In this document: positions 12,160 to 21,617 of the stretch, in pieces | How positions within the stretch are numbered: the first letter of the stretch is position 1 | How the letters are laid out: every line of letters begins with the position of its first letter | Assembly (NCBI GenBank): GCA_963772705.1 | Contig: CAVYYH010000005.1 | Coordinates: 75,733-139,732 of the forward strand | Length of the DNA stretch: 64,000 nucleotides | DNA from: an uncultured Bacteroidales bacterium | GTDB lineage: Bacteria; Bacteroidota; Bacteroidia; Bacteroidales; VadinHA17 | Reading direction: 5' to 3' | Program-made: the position numbers and the translations under genes | The notes under the pieces: model-generated | What the model saw: only the letters and a program-made list of their open reading frames with translations | Databases searched by the model: none | Told to the model about the DNA's origin: nothing

Positions 12160-12300
12160 TTCAGTCAGGTTTCGGAGGTTGGCAGTTTTATGGCACCACA
12201 AATTTATGCAAATAATTTTCACAGATAGATACGGATAGTATCCGATAAAATGTGCGGGTACAAAATATTCCCGCTCGCCCCGACCTCTTCATTCTCGTCT

Positions 12301-14939
12301 TTACCGCAGACCGAACCTGTAGGTGAACTTTACCAGGAAAGTGTCATACGGTTTGTTGGTCGAGAAGAGATTAGACAGGTTCTGGTTCATTGAAAACTCT
12401 CCGGTATTGTCAAAATAACCCCTGTTCTGTGACCATACCACATAAATTATCGAGCCCGGGCGGTACTCCCAGCGCACCACCAGGTTAGAAAGAAATTCAT
12501 CAAAGTTACCGTCAGGATTACCAAAGCTATAGTCGCTTGTCCCGTCTGTGTTTTCATCGACGTAATAGCGGTTCTCTCCCTGGTTGTAACTGATCTCGTC
12601 ATCTGTGTAAGTATGAAAACGGTCTGTGAATGCATCGGCCTTCGGATCTGTCACCATCTTGTATTCACTGTAATCCATTGCTGCCAGGAAGGGCTGTCCC
12701 CAGTACTGTATCGTGAGGTCAGGTGTGATATTGTAGTTTAATCTCAATGACATGCGGAGTATCTGCTGGTTGATGGTGGCCAGGATATAACGGTCTTCAT
12801 CATCGTATGTTTTCCTGGTTACATACTGAAGCATACTGTACCGGTCTGATATTGAAGGTGAGATACTTATATAAAATGACTGTCCCGGTTTTGCTGTCAG
12901 TTCCACCCCCGCATTAATCGACCGGGATGAGTTTTCTGCCCCCTGATTTATGTTTCCGAAGAAATCTGCCGAGAGCTTTCTGGACGAGTTGCTTCCTACG
13001 TTCATGAAGAAGTTGGTGGTTGATGGCATGTACATTGCCGGCCCTCCGCGCAGCTTGGTATTGTCAGTTGACTCGGCATTGTAATTGCCTCCTAAGTTCA
13101 GGGTCCAGAGGTTCTTAAACTGTGTGAAGAAGCTCAGGTTTCCCCCGATGTTGAGGAAGGTGCCGCCCCAGTCCCAGAAGTTCCACTGGTTGCCGTTAAA
13201 TCTGATCCTTCGGAAGATACTGAAGGGCTTGTCAATCGTATATGCTGACCAGAATATCGCATTCAATTCGTCTGCACTCTGCATAAATCCCAGGTCATTG
13301 ATATCAAAGCCCGGAGATTTCCATAGCCCGAAGGCTGCAAAATTCCAGTGTCCGCCTACTTTCCCGAACTGGATGTTACCTCCGTGTCCGTTAAGTGATG
13401 TCCTTGTCGGATCAACTTCAACATAGTCAGCGTCGGGTCTCTGGAAATAATGCGCAGATGAATACTGGAGGGCTTCTATTGCCTCCGTGCTGCCTGTAAG
13501 GTTGCTTACAGCAGCGGAGGTGGAGAGCATCCACTCGCGTTCTTTTCCGAAATAGCGGGTGAAGTCTATTCCGGCAGTGTTGGCGTTTGTAACCAGGCTG
13601 TTGATCCCGGTGCCGTCAAGGAAGCGGTGAGTGTTGGTATAGGCACCTCCTATGATGGTTCTGCCACCTCCGAAGTCTTTCATGACCCTGGTGACGAGAT
13701 AGTTTGTCAGCGGCTCTACGGTCTGGTAACTTCTCTCGCCCAACGAGTCAATTTCTGCCTTCGCCTCCGCTGTCACAGCCTCGAGGATGCCGACGGACAG
13801 CCCGTCAGATGTTTTACCGGTTATTTTTGCAGCGCTGATGATAGGCGTATTGCGTGGTGACGACGCATATTCATTCTCGCCAGTCTCAGCATCGAGATGT
13901 GGGCTGCGGCCTATTCTTCTGGAATAAAACAGGTTATCATTGCCGATATCGCCGTCTCCGATCCCTACCTTAAAGCTTGTGATGCTTTTTCCTTCAATAA
14001 AGAATGGCCTCTTCTCTTCGAAGAAGGTCTCATAGGCTGTGAGGTTTACCTCAGAGGGGTCAGCCTCCACCTGGCCGAAGTCAGGGTTAACAGTGAGGTC
14101 GAGGGTCATGTTGTTCGTTATTCCGATCTTGGCATCAAGGCCGGCGTTTGCCTTAAAGTCGGAGCCGGCTGCAAACGGATTGCCCTCCTCTTCCTCATAC
14201 CTTTCGTAGCTGCCCACCGCGAAGGGGGTAATGTCAGCCTGTTTGCGCGGCCTGATGCCCTGCAGGCCGCTTATCTCCCCGAAGTTATGAACCAATCCTG
14301 ATGAAGTTCCGGTCGATGAACTGCCATGTTGTAAATTCCTGGTTCCGGTGCTGTTGCCTGAAAAGCTCCATCCCCCATATTCCTCCGTCTGATATCCTGA
14401 ATCTCAGCTGGCTGAGGGGTATCTTCAGCTCGGCGGCCCATCCCCAGTCATACAGTTCGGCTTTGGTGAACCAGATGGGGTCCCAGGTGTCATCTTCATT
14501 CTGTGCATCATTTGACCAGATAAAGTCGTTCTTCACCCCTGCGGCATTGACAATAAAAGTAAATCCTGTCCGCAGATCATGATAACTGTCGAATGATATG
14601 CCTACAAAGTCGCCGTCAGCATTATCACGTCGTGAGATGCGTCTGCTGATGCTGTCAGGGGCGGTGTCCCATGCTTTTATGGCAACATAGATATTGTCTT
14701 CGTCAAAGAGAACCTTGAATTCTGTTTTTTGTGATGCTGGTCCTCCGTTTACCGGTTCAAACTGGATGAAGTCCCCTTCCCATGGCAGAATCTGCCAGCT
14801 CTCGTCATCAATCACCCCGTCAATCAGCGGGGGATCTGAGGTGAATGTTGCTCTGTATGTTTTTTTTCTCTCCGGGGGTCTGCGCACTTGCCAGAGTGCA
14901 TAGAAATGCCACAAGGGCAATGAATGATATTCTCTTCAT
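12301..14939 (-). CDS. DUF5916 / CBM9-like outer-membrane protein, paralogue 2 (indels near 14295 and 14865)
   Basis: Same motifs (VNPDFGQVEADPSEVNL, LFYSRRIG, FLVKFTYRFGLR); signal peptide MKRISFIALVAFLCTLASAQ read from ATG 14939. Confidence 0.8.
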
Positions 14940-15017
14940 GGCGGTCAGGGTAAATGTCCAAAATGCAAATCCTGAATAAAGACCGGCAAAGGGGAGTGTA
15001 TGCTGCTCAGGAGAAAG

Positions 15018-15038
15018 TATTTAGAATGATTCTAAATA
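15018..15038. promoter_or_regulatory. Perfect palindrome TATTTAGAAT-G-ATTCTAAATA, Fur/PerR-family-like operator
   Basis: 10-1-10 inverted repeat containing the 7-1-7 core TTAGAATnATTCTAA, about 80 bp upstream of the DUF5916 paralogue 2 start. Confidence 0.6.
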
Positions 15039-15067
15039 AGATAACAGGCAGTAGCCGGGGGCATTGG

Positions 15068-15107
15068 GCGATGGAGCGACTGTGCGATGGAGCGACTATG
15101 CGAGGGG
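15068..15107. repeat. Octamer tandem repeat (GCGAnnnn)x5
   Basis: gcgatgga gcgactgt gcgatgga gcgactat gcgagggg. Confidence 0.8.
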
Positions 15108-15117
15108 TTGAAGTTGT

Positions 15118-15600
15118 TCAGATGAATTCGTAGGTGTTGCCGGTGTGGGCGAGAAATCTGAACAGCCCTTCGCGGGGGATGATGAGCGAGGCAGTGTTGG
15201 TGTTGGGATGGAATGAGAGACGCTCGTGCTCCATCAGTGAGCTGTCAATGAAAAGATGGACATGGTGTGTATGGTCATTGATGAGTCCGAAGGGGGAGAC
15301 TGACCCGGGGGTGACTCCGAGGTACTGCATGAGTCTCCTGTCGGAGGCAAACGAGAGCTTTCCCTGGCGTAGTTTCTGTTCCAGCTCCCTGATATTCAGC
15401 TGGGAGTTATAATAGAGTATCACGAGGTAGTGCCTGTCACCCTTGTGATTACGGAAGAAGATGTTCTTGCAGTGCCCTGATTTTATGGGAGCCCAGTATT
15501 TCATAGCCTCCTCAACGGTGGCTACGGGCGGGTGTTCATGATACTCAAATGGTATCTGAAGGTCATTAAGCAGAGCATAAAGTTCTGCCGGTCCTCTCAT
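15118..15600 (-). CDS. Prolyl-tRNA editing protein (YbaK/ProX family)
   Basis: HEHPPVATVEE, CKNIFFR, LSFAS, LGVTPGSVSPFGLIND, FHPNTNTAS; likely start ATG 15600. Confidence 0.9.
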   Translation of the reverse strand: MRGPAELYALLNDLQIPFEYHEHPPVATVEEAMKYWAPIKSGHCKNIFFRNHKGDRHYLVILYYNSQLNIRELEQKLRQGKLSFASDRRLMQYLGVTPGSVSPFGLINDHTHHVHLFIDSSLMEHERLSFHPNTNTASLIIPREGLFRFLAHTGNTYEFI

Positions 15601-16009
15601 CGCTTTTGCCTTCTTTGGGGATGTAAGTGAACTGCATTTCGAGCAGAATTGCCAGGTCTTCACCGGCATCATGCAAATCGGTATCCTCAGCGTCATAATA
15701 CCACTCCACTTTGACAGGTACTCCCGTATCAATAAGTTCTTTCAGCCTGTAGATGATATCATAAAGAAATTTGGCCGAAGAGGAATTGAAATATTCGAAG
15801 TCGAATTTAAACAGCAGCGGGTTCTTGTAGTTGTAGGGGCTATTTACCGAGACTTCGGTTACGAATTGATCAATCCACTCTAAAACAGGATAATATACAC
15901 TACGAACATCCTCCGGGGCAGACCTGCCCGATATTTCGAATCTGTTTTCTTCCGGGCTGAGGTAGATCTCCGGCGAGCTTGAAGTGCCCTGGTGTATATA
16001 ACTGTTCAT
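15566..16009 (-). CDS. SiaC family (DUF1987) regulatory phosphoprotein
   Basis: SPEI..ISGRSAPED..YYPVLEW..FEYFNSSSAK..VEWYY..GED pattern typical of DUF1987/SiaC. Confidence 0.82.
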   Translation of the reverse strand: MNSYIHQGTSSSPEIYLSPEENRFEISGRSAPEDVRSVYYPVLEWIDQFVTEVSVNSPYNYKNPLLFKFDFEYFNSSSAKFLYDIIYRLKELIDTGVPVKVEWYYDAEDTDLHDAGEDLAILLEMQFTYIPKEGKSDERTGRTLCSA

Positions 16010-16071
16010 GGTTCCCCTTTTATGCAAATTTGCAATATTTTTAATTATTAACAACAATTGTTGTCAGAAGG

Positions 16072-16551
16072 TCAGAGCAGTGAGCTGCTGTCATTCTCCG
16101 GACGATACCCGGTGTCATCGGCCAGCATACTGTTTTTTGAAGCGGCTACTGCCAGGGTGTCACACCGCTCATTTTCAGGATTGTTATTATGTCCTTTGAT
16201 CCATATCAGAGTCACTTTATGGCGTCTGTAGACATCCAGAAAGCGGATCCAGAGGTCCGGGTTTTTTTTCTTTGCGAAGTGTTTTTTTTCCCACCCGAAC
16301 AGCCATCCTTTGTTGACCGCATTTACAAGGTACTGTGAGTCGGTATGGAGCCTCACGGTTGTGCCGGGGTTTTTCAGGGCCTCAAGGCCGGTGATGGCGG
16401 CCAGCAGCTCCATCCTGTTATTGGTGGTCAGACGGAATCCTTCCGAGAGCTCCTTCCTGTGGCGACCGGAGATAAGGACCACCCCGTAGCCGCCAGGGCC
16501 GGGGTTGCCGCTGCATGCTCCGTCGGTATAGATGGTCACCTCATGAGCCAT
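16072..16551 (-). CDS. rnhA: Ribonuclease HI
   Basis: YTDGACSGNPGPGG, TTNNRMEL, TDSQY, WIKGH..NERCD. Confidence 0.96.
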   Translation of the reverse strand: MAHEVTIYTDGACSGNPGPGGYGVVLISGRHRKELSEGFRLTTNNRMELLAAITGLEALKNPGTTVRLHTDSQYLVNAVNKGWLFGWEKKHFAKKKNPDLWIRFLDVYRRHKVTLIWIKGHNNNPENERCDTLAVAASKNSMLADDTGYRPENDSSSLL

Positions 16552-17125
16552 GTGGCAGGTTCAGTCCGGTGTTATTTAAGAAGAGTCTGACAGCTATCGC
16601 TATAAGGATAATCCCGAAGAACTTCTTCAGGATATGCAGCCAGGTAGGACCGAGCCACTTCTCAATGGTTGATGTCATACGCAGAACGACGTAGACGATG
16701 ATCATGTTGAGAAGCAGGGCGATAAGAATATTGACAGTCTGGTATTCAGCTCTTAATGAAAGTATTGTGGTAATTGATCCTGCACCGGCAATGAGCGGGA
16801 ATGCGATCGGGACGATTGTTCCTCCGCCGGGGGAGTCATGTTTGAAGAATTCTGCTCCGAGGACCATCTCCATTCCGAGAAGGAAAATGATAAAAGAGCC
16901 GGCGATGGCGAAAGAGTTGGCGTCGATGCCGAAGAGTCCCAGCAGTTTCTCTCCGAAGATCAGGAAGGCGAGGAAGATGCCGAGAGAGACCAGGGTTGCT
17001 TTGCCGGCATGGACGTTGCCTGTTTTGGCCTTGATATTCACTATAATAGGGATAGAGCCGGGTATGTCTATAATTGCAAACAGTACCATGAAGGTGGCTA
17101 CTATTTCTATGAAGTCAAAGTTCAT
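16541..17125 (-). CDS. MarC family membrane protein
   Basis: Six hydrophobic segments, VPIAFPLIAGAGS motif. Confidence 0.9.
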   Translation of the reverse strand: MNFDFIEIVATFMVLFAIIDIPGSIPIIVNIKAKTGNVHAGKATLVSLGIFLAFLIFGEKLLGLFGIDANSFAIAGSFIIFLLGMEMVLGAEFFKHDSPGGGTIVPIAFPLIAGAGSITTILSLRAEYQTVNILIALLLNMIIVYVVLRMTSTIEKWLGPTWLHILKKFFGIILIAIAVRLFLNNTGLNLPHGS

Positions 17126-17140
17126 TTATGAAAATTTTTG

Positions 17141-17148
17141 CAAAGGTA
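17141..17148 (-). promoter_or_regulatory. Bacteroidota -7 promoter element (TACCTTTG) for marC-rnhA
   Basis: Matches TAnnTTTG about 15 nt upstream of the ATG. Confidence 0.55.
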
Positions 17149-17158
17149 GTAAAAGGAG

Positions 17159-17410
17159 GGGCATGGAGCAAGCTTTGCCCGCCGAAGCCTTGGCGAAGGC
17201 GGGGAGCAGGGGGCAGGGGGCGAGGAGAATTTGCGATTTGCGATTTGCGATTTGCGAATTGCGAATTGCCAGGAATAGGCAGTAGGCAATAGGTTTTGGG
17301 TCAGAAGACGGAAGACGGAAGACTGCAAGACCGCAGGACTGCAAGACCGTCCCGACGCTTCGGTCGGGATCTCCGCGGAGTTTACCCCGCACAGCGGGGC
17401 TCCGACAAGA
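17159..17410. repeat. Mosaic of heptamer/octamer tandem repeats and short palindromic elements
   Basis: G(A/G)GCAGG units; palindrome CCCGCCGAAGCCTTGGCGAAGGCGGG at 17178-17203; (TTTGCGA)x4 plus 2 variants at 17230-17271; AGGCA(G/A)T units; (GAAGACG)x3; GCAAGACC octamers; hairpins TCCCGAC-GCTTCG-GTCGGGA and CCCCGC-ACA-GCGGGG. Confidence 0.85.
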
Positions 17411-17415
17411 CAAAG

Positions 17416-17446
17416 AAAAAGGGCCACTGCAACAGCGACCCCTTTT
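17416..17446 (-). terminator. Intrinsic terminator of the S46 peptidase gene
   Basis: Minus strand GGGTCGCTG-TTG-CAGTGGCCC followed by TTTTT. Confidence 0.7.
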
Positions 17447-17468
17447 CGTATTTCGAAACTCAGCTTTA

Positions 17469-19619
17469 TTACTGCCTGATATCCATCTCCTTAAGGAGGT
17501 GGCCGGCGCCGGAGTAGATGTCAATGACCCATAGCACATAACGGATGTCAACATTGATGCATCTCTGAAGGTCAGGCTCGAATGCTATGTTGCCTGTCAT
17601 CGCTTCCCAGTTGCCGTCAAAGGCCAGACCGATGAGTTCACCGTTGCCGTTGATGACCGGACTGCCGGAGTTACCTCCCGTGATGTCATTATCTGTGATG
17701 AAACATACAGGCATGTAACCCTCCGGTGCAGCATACCTGCCGAACTCTTTCTTATTGTACAGTTCGAACATACGCTCAGGAAGATCAAACTCATAGTCGC
17801 CCTCCTTGTACTTCTGGATGACACCGTCAAGGGTCGTGTACCAGTTGTAATGAACAGCGTCATAAGGATAGTAATCTAGCACTTTACCATAGGTGAGCCT
17901 CATGGTGAAGTTGGCATCAGGATACTGTGTCTTGTCAGGTGCATATTCCATTACACCTGCAAGGTATGTGCGCTGCCCCTTTGAGAGGTCGGCACTGAAG
18001 CCGGCAAGATCCTTCTGAAGTGTGGTGCCGACTGCTGCAATTGATTTTGCCATAATAAATGCAGGGTCTTTTGAAAGGACCTTGATGTCAGGTTTTGCAA
18101 GGAAAGCCTTGAGCTTATCGGGAGTGGTAAAGATTGACTTCGCGAACATGTCATCAACGAATGCGTCAACATTACCCTTGAACTTCTTATCGATGGTTGG
18201 CATAGAAGTCGGGCAGGTATTTCGGGTCGATGTCAGCCTTGTAGAGTCTGATCATAGCCTTCGTCATCTTTATGTCGGTCGGATAGTTATAGTCACCGTA
18301 GAAGTTATCAAGGTTCTTCAGAATCCTGCCGGTCATATCGGTTACCTTGTCAGCTTCGCCTTTCGTGAGAGCATCTTCCAGTGCTGTCATCTGTGATGCA
18401 AATGCAATCATCTCGCAAGAGCCCCTGAATGTCTCGTTCAGGTATTGCTGAACATTGTATTTCTCTGCCCTGTTCTTAACGGCGTTTTCAATCAGTGAGA
18501 GGGCGTTGCCGTACTTCTCCATACGTGCGGCGTCAGCATTGACCCATTTCATGAACTCAGCCTCGAAGGCTGCCTTTTTTGAGGCCGTGCGCAGTCTCTC
18601 GAGACCTTCGTTCTGACCTATCGAGAACTTCCAGTAGTTTGATGAACCTGCGTACTTTGACGAGTACTGGATGTTGACTTTCGGGTCGGCCATCATATCT
18701 TCCATCCAAATCTCCTGGCGTTCGCCGCGGATCTTGATTCTGTTGGCGTTGGTGATCTTCATTGTCTCGTCAACCTCGAATGAGGTCATATACCTTGTGG
18801 TACCGCCAGGGTAGCCCATCACCATGGCGAAGTCATTTTTCTGAAGAGGCCTGATTGAAATCGGAAGGTAATGCTTCGGTTTCAGCGGGACATTATCTGC
18901 CGAGTACTGTGCAGGTTTGCCATCGGGGCCCATATAAACCCTGAATACGCTGAAGTCGCCGGTATGGCGGGGCCACATCCAGTTGTCGGTGTCATGGCCG
19001 TACTTGCCTATTGAGTTGGGGGGGTGCCGACGAGTCTCACATCACTGTAGATCTCGTACACCAGCAGGAAGTACTGGTTGCCTCCGTAGAAGGGCATTAC
19101 CTGAGCACGGTAATGGTTGCCCTTGGTGGCTTCTGCCGTGATGACAGCGTTCTCGGCCATCAGCGCCTCGCGGCGTTCGGCTTCTGTCATTGCGGGTGTT
19201 ACTTTTCCGAGCATGCGTGCTGTCACATCTTCAATTCTGACAAGGAAGCTGACGCTAAGTCCCGGGTTGGGAAGCTCCTCTGCGCGTGTCATCGCCCAGA
19301 AGCCGTTGTTGAGGTAGTCGTGCTCAACGGTGCTGTGATTCTGTATCTGACCGTAGCCGCAGTGGTGGTTTGTCAGCAGCAGGCCTTCAGCCGATACTAT
19401 CTCAGCGGTACATCCGCCGCCGAAAATGACGATGGCATCTTTCAGGCTTGCCTGGTTGAGGCTGTAGATATCCTCAGCAGTGAGCTTGAGTCCCATCTCA
19501 GTCATGGTACCGATATTCAGCTTCTCGAGTAAAGGAAGGATCCACATTCCCTCATCAGCCTTTGCCCCTGAACCGGCGAAGGTGATAAGGATGATAATGA
19601 TTGCAAATAGTTTTCTCAT
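17469..19619 (-). CDS. S46 dipeptidyl peptidase, DPP7-type (indels near 18200 and 19020)
   Basis: ADEGMW, GCTAEIVS..TNHHC, WPRHTGDFS, DITGGNSGSPV; LAFDGNWE has Gly at the S1 position, as in DPP7. Confidence 0.9.
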
Positions 19620-19652
19620 GAGTTATGATATTGGTTGTTTTTAGCAAAGGGC

Positions 19653-19660
19653 CAAAGATA
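19653..19660 (-). promoter_or_regulatory. Bacteroidota -7 promoter element (TATCTTTG) for the S46 gene
   Basis: TAnnTTTG about 33 nt upstream of the ATG. Confidence 0.55.
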
Positions 19661-19696
19661 TTAAATTACTCTTTGCCGAAAGATGACTTTAACATT

Positions 19697-20302
19697 TTAT
19701 AAGAAACGGAGTTCGGTCTGTGTCTCCCTGAGGTTAAATGAGAGGCGGTGGTAAGGGGTGATGCCGTGGTCTGTTATTGCTCTGCGGTGTTCGGGGGTGG
19801 GATAGCCCTTGTTATGGCGCCAGCCATACTGCGGGAAGAGGAGGTCAAGCTCTTCCATGAAACGGTCGCGTTCGGTCTTGGCGAGGATGGAGGCGGCGGC
19901 GATGGAGAGGTATGTGGCGTCGCCGCGTACTATGGTGTGGTGGGGTATTTTCTCATACTGATAGAACCTGTTGCCGTCGATCAGGAGGAGCTGTGGTTTC
20001 GGGTTCAGTCTGCTGATGGCCCTGTGCATGGCTGTTATTGAGGCTCTGAGTATATTCATTGCGTCTATCTCGCCGTTGGTGCATGAGGCTATCTCCCAGG
20101 CTATTGCGTCGGAGATGATCTCCCGGCGGAGTCTCTCGCGCTGCCGGGGGGTGAGTTTCTTGGAGTCGTTGAGGTTGTCGTTGCGGTAGTCTTTCGGGAG
20201 GATTACGGCGGCGGCGAACACGGGTCCGGCGAGGCATCCTCGTCCTGCCTCGTCGCAGCCAGCCTCGGTCATGGTGGGGTGGTGGTATGGAGAGAGTGTC
20301 AT
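19697..20302 (-). CDS. rnhB: Ribonuclease HII
   Basis: [41 protein letters not shown]; likely start ATG 20302. Confidence 0.95.
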   Translation of the reverse strand: MTLSPYHHPTMTEAGCDEAGRGCLAGPVFAAAVILPKDYRNDNLNDSKKLTPRQRERLRREIISDAIAWEIASCTNGEIDAMNILRASITAMHRAISRLNPKPQLLLIDGNRFYQYEKIPHHTIVRGDATYLSIAAASILAKTERDRFMEELDLLFPQYGWRHNKGYPTPEHRRAITDHGITPYHRLSFNLRETQTELRFL

Positions 20303-21432
20303 GAACGTGTTTGTGTTGCCTTGACGATGGAGTCCCACATTTTCTTTGCGGTGTTGTCCCATGTGTATCGTTGTGAGTTGATGATTCCCTGCTCGGTGAG
20401 GTGGCGGCGCAGCGCCTCGTCTCCGACGAGGCGGGCCATAGCGTCGGCTATGGCCCCTGCGCCGGCGGGGCCGGCGCAGAGCGCTGCGCCGCCACTAACC
20501 TCCGGCAACGACGAGGTGTCAGACAGGATACACGGCGTGCCACACCGCTGCGCCTCCACCACCGGTATCCCAAAACCCTCGTACCACGGAACGAACACAA
20601 GTGCCTCCGCACCTCCGTATAACCTCCGCAGCTCACTGCGACTGACAGAACCGGTAAACAGAATATCCCGATGATAAGGCGATTCTTTTACTGCACGGTC
20701 GATAGACCCCGTAAGGTAAAGCCTCCTCCCTGCAAGCAACAGCACATGATCACCCTTGCCCTCTCTCCTGAAGATTTCCCAGGCCTTTATCACAGTCTCT
20801 ACATTCTTACGCGGCGAGAAATTGCTTACGAAAAGAAAGTAAGGCCTGCCGCCGCTCCGTTCCCGCCTCGTCTCTTCAGCCTCGCCCGGCAGCGGCGGCG
20901 AGAATATCTCAGCCACACCATTCGGCACGACGTCAATCTTGTTACGTTCAATGGCATATGTCTCGGATATGTCTCGGGCAGAGAACTCTGATACAGTAGC
21001 TACCCTTGCCGCCCCGGCAGCAAAGAGCGGAAAAAAATGACGGTAGTACATCCGCTCCGACCAAGGTATGTCGCCGGGACGATGCTCATGATTCAGGTCA
21101 TGGATCACCGAAATGCACGGAACAGAAGTGCGCAGCGGAATCAGACCGTCAGGGGCAATAAAAAGGTCAGCCTTTATCTTCTTAAGCACCCCCGGCAGCA
21201 GAATCTCATGCCAGACATACCAGAGTGACGGATGAATGTTGCGAAGAGGGATCGTTACATAATCAATATTGTTACCGGTGACCGGCAGACTCTCATATCT
21301 CCTGTCACTGACAAGAACAAACCTGTGCTCCGGATGATCAGCAGTGATCCCCCTGATAACCTCGTAGGTGAACCATCCTATCCCGTCGCCGGGAATCCTC
21401 TTCAGCGTTCGCGCATTGACCGCAATAACCAT
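20299..21432 (-). CDS. Glycosyltransferase family 4 (GT-B)
   Basis: [31 protein letters not shown]. Confidence 0.9.
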   Translation of the reverse strand: MVIAVNARTLKRIPGDGIGWFTYEVIRGITADHPEHRFVLVSDRRYESLPVTGNNIDYVTIPLRNIHPSLWYVWHEILLPGVLKKIKADLFIAPDGLIPLRTSVPCISVIHDLNHEHRPGDIPWSERMYYRHFFPLFAAGAARVATVSEFSARDISETYAIERNKIDVVPNGVAEIFSPPLPGEAEETRRERSGGRPYFLFVSNFSPRKNVETVIKAWEIFRREGKGDHVLLLAGRRLYLTGSIDRAVKESPYHRDILFTGSVSRSELRRLYGGAEALVFVPWYEGFGIPVVEAQRCGTPCILSDTSSLPEVSGGAALCAGPAGAGAIADAMARLVGDEALRRHLTEQGIINSQRYTWDNTAKKMWDSIVKATQTRS

Positions 21433-21617
21433 CTTGGTACCATTACCCGGATACAAATGTGCAAATAACTTACATGAATTCTATGCCCTTTAACCTCGAA
21501 ACAGCCTCAGCTGATACATATTTAATGTTTTAGTCTTACAGTATTGAAAGTAAAAGAATTTATTATGATATTTGTGGAAGTGCATCCTTAGGTCTGATCA
21601 ACTGCAATACTGTAATA

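Noticed and set aside
17122-17554. ORFs 17122-17427, 17126-17554 and 17296-17517
   Set aside because: Translations of heptamer and palindrome repeats (IANRKSQ, PAFAKASAG), not credible proteins.
16072-20302. rnhA and rnhB within about 4 kb as a retroelement or special system
   Set aside because: Both are ordinary housekeeping enzymes, and no reverse transcriptase is present.
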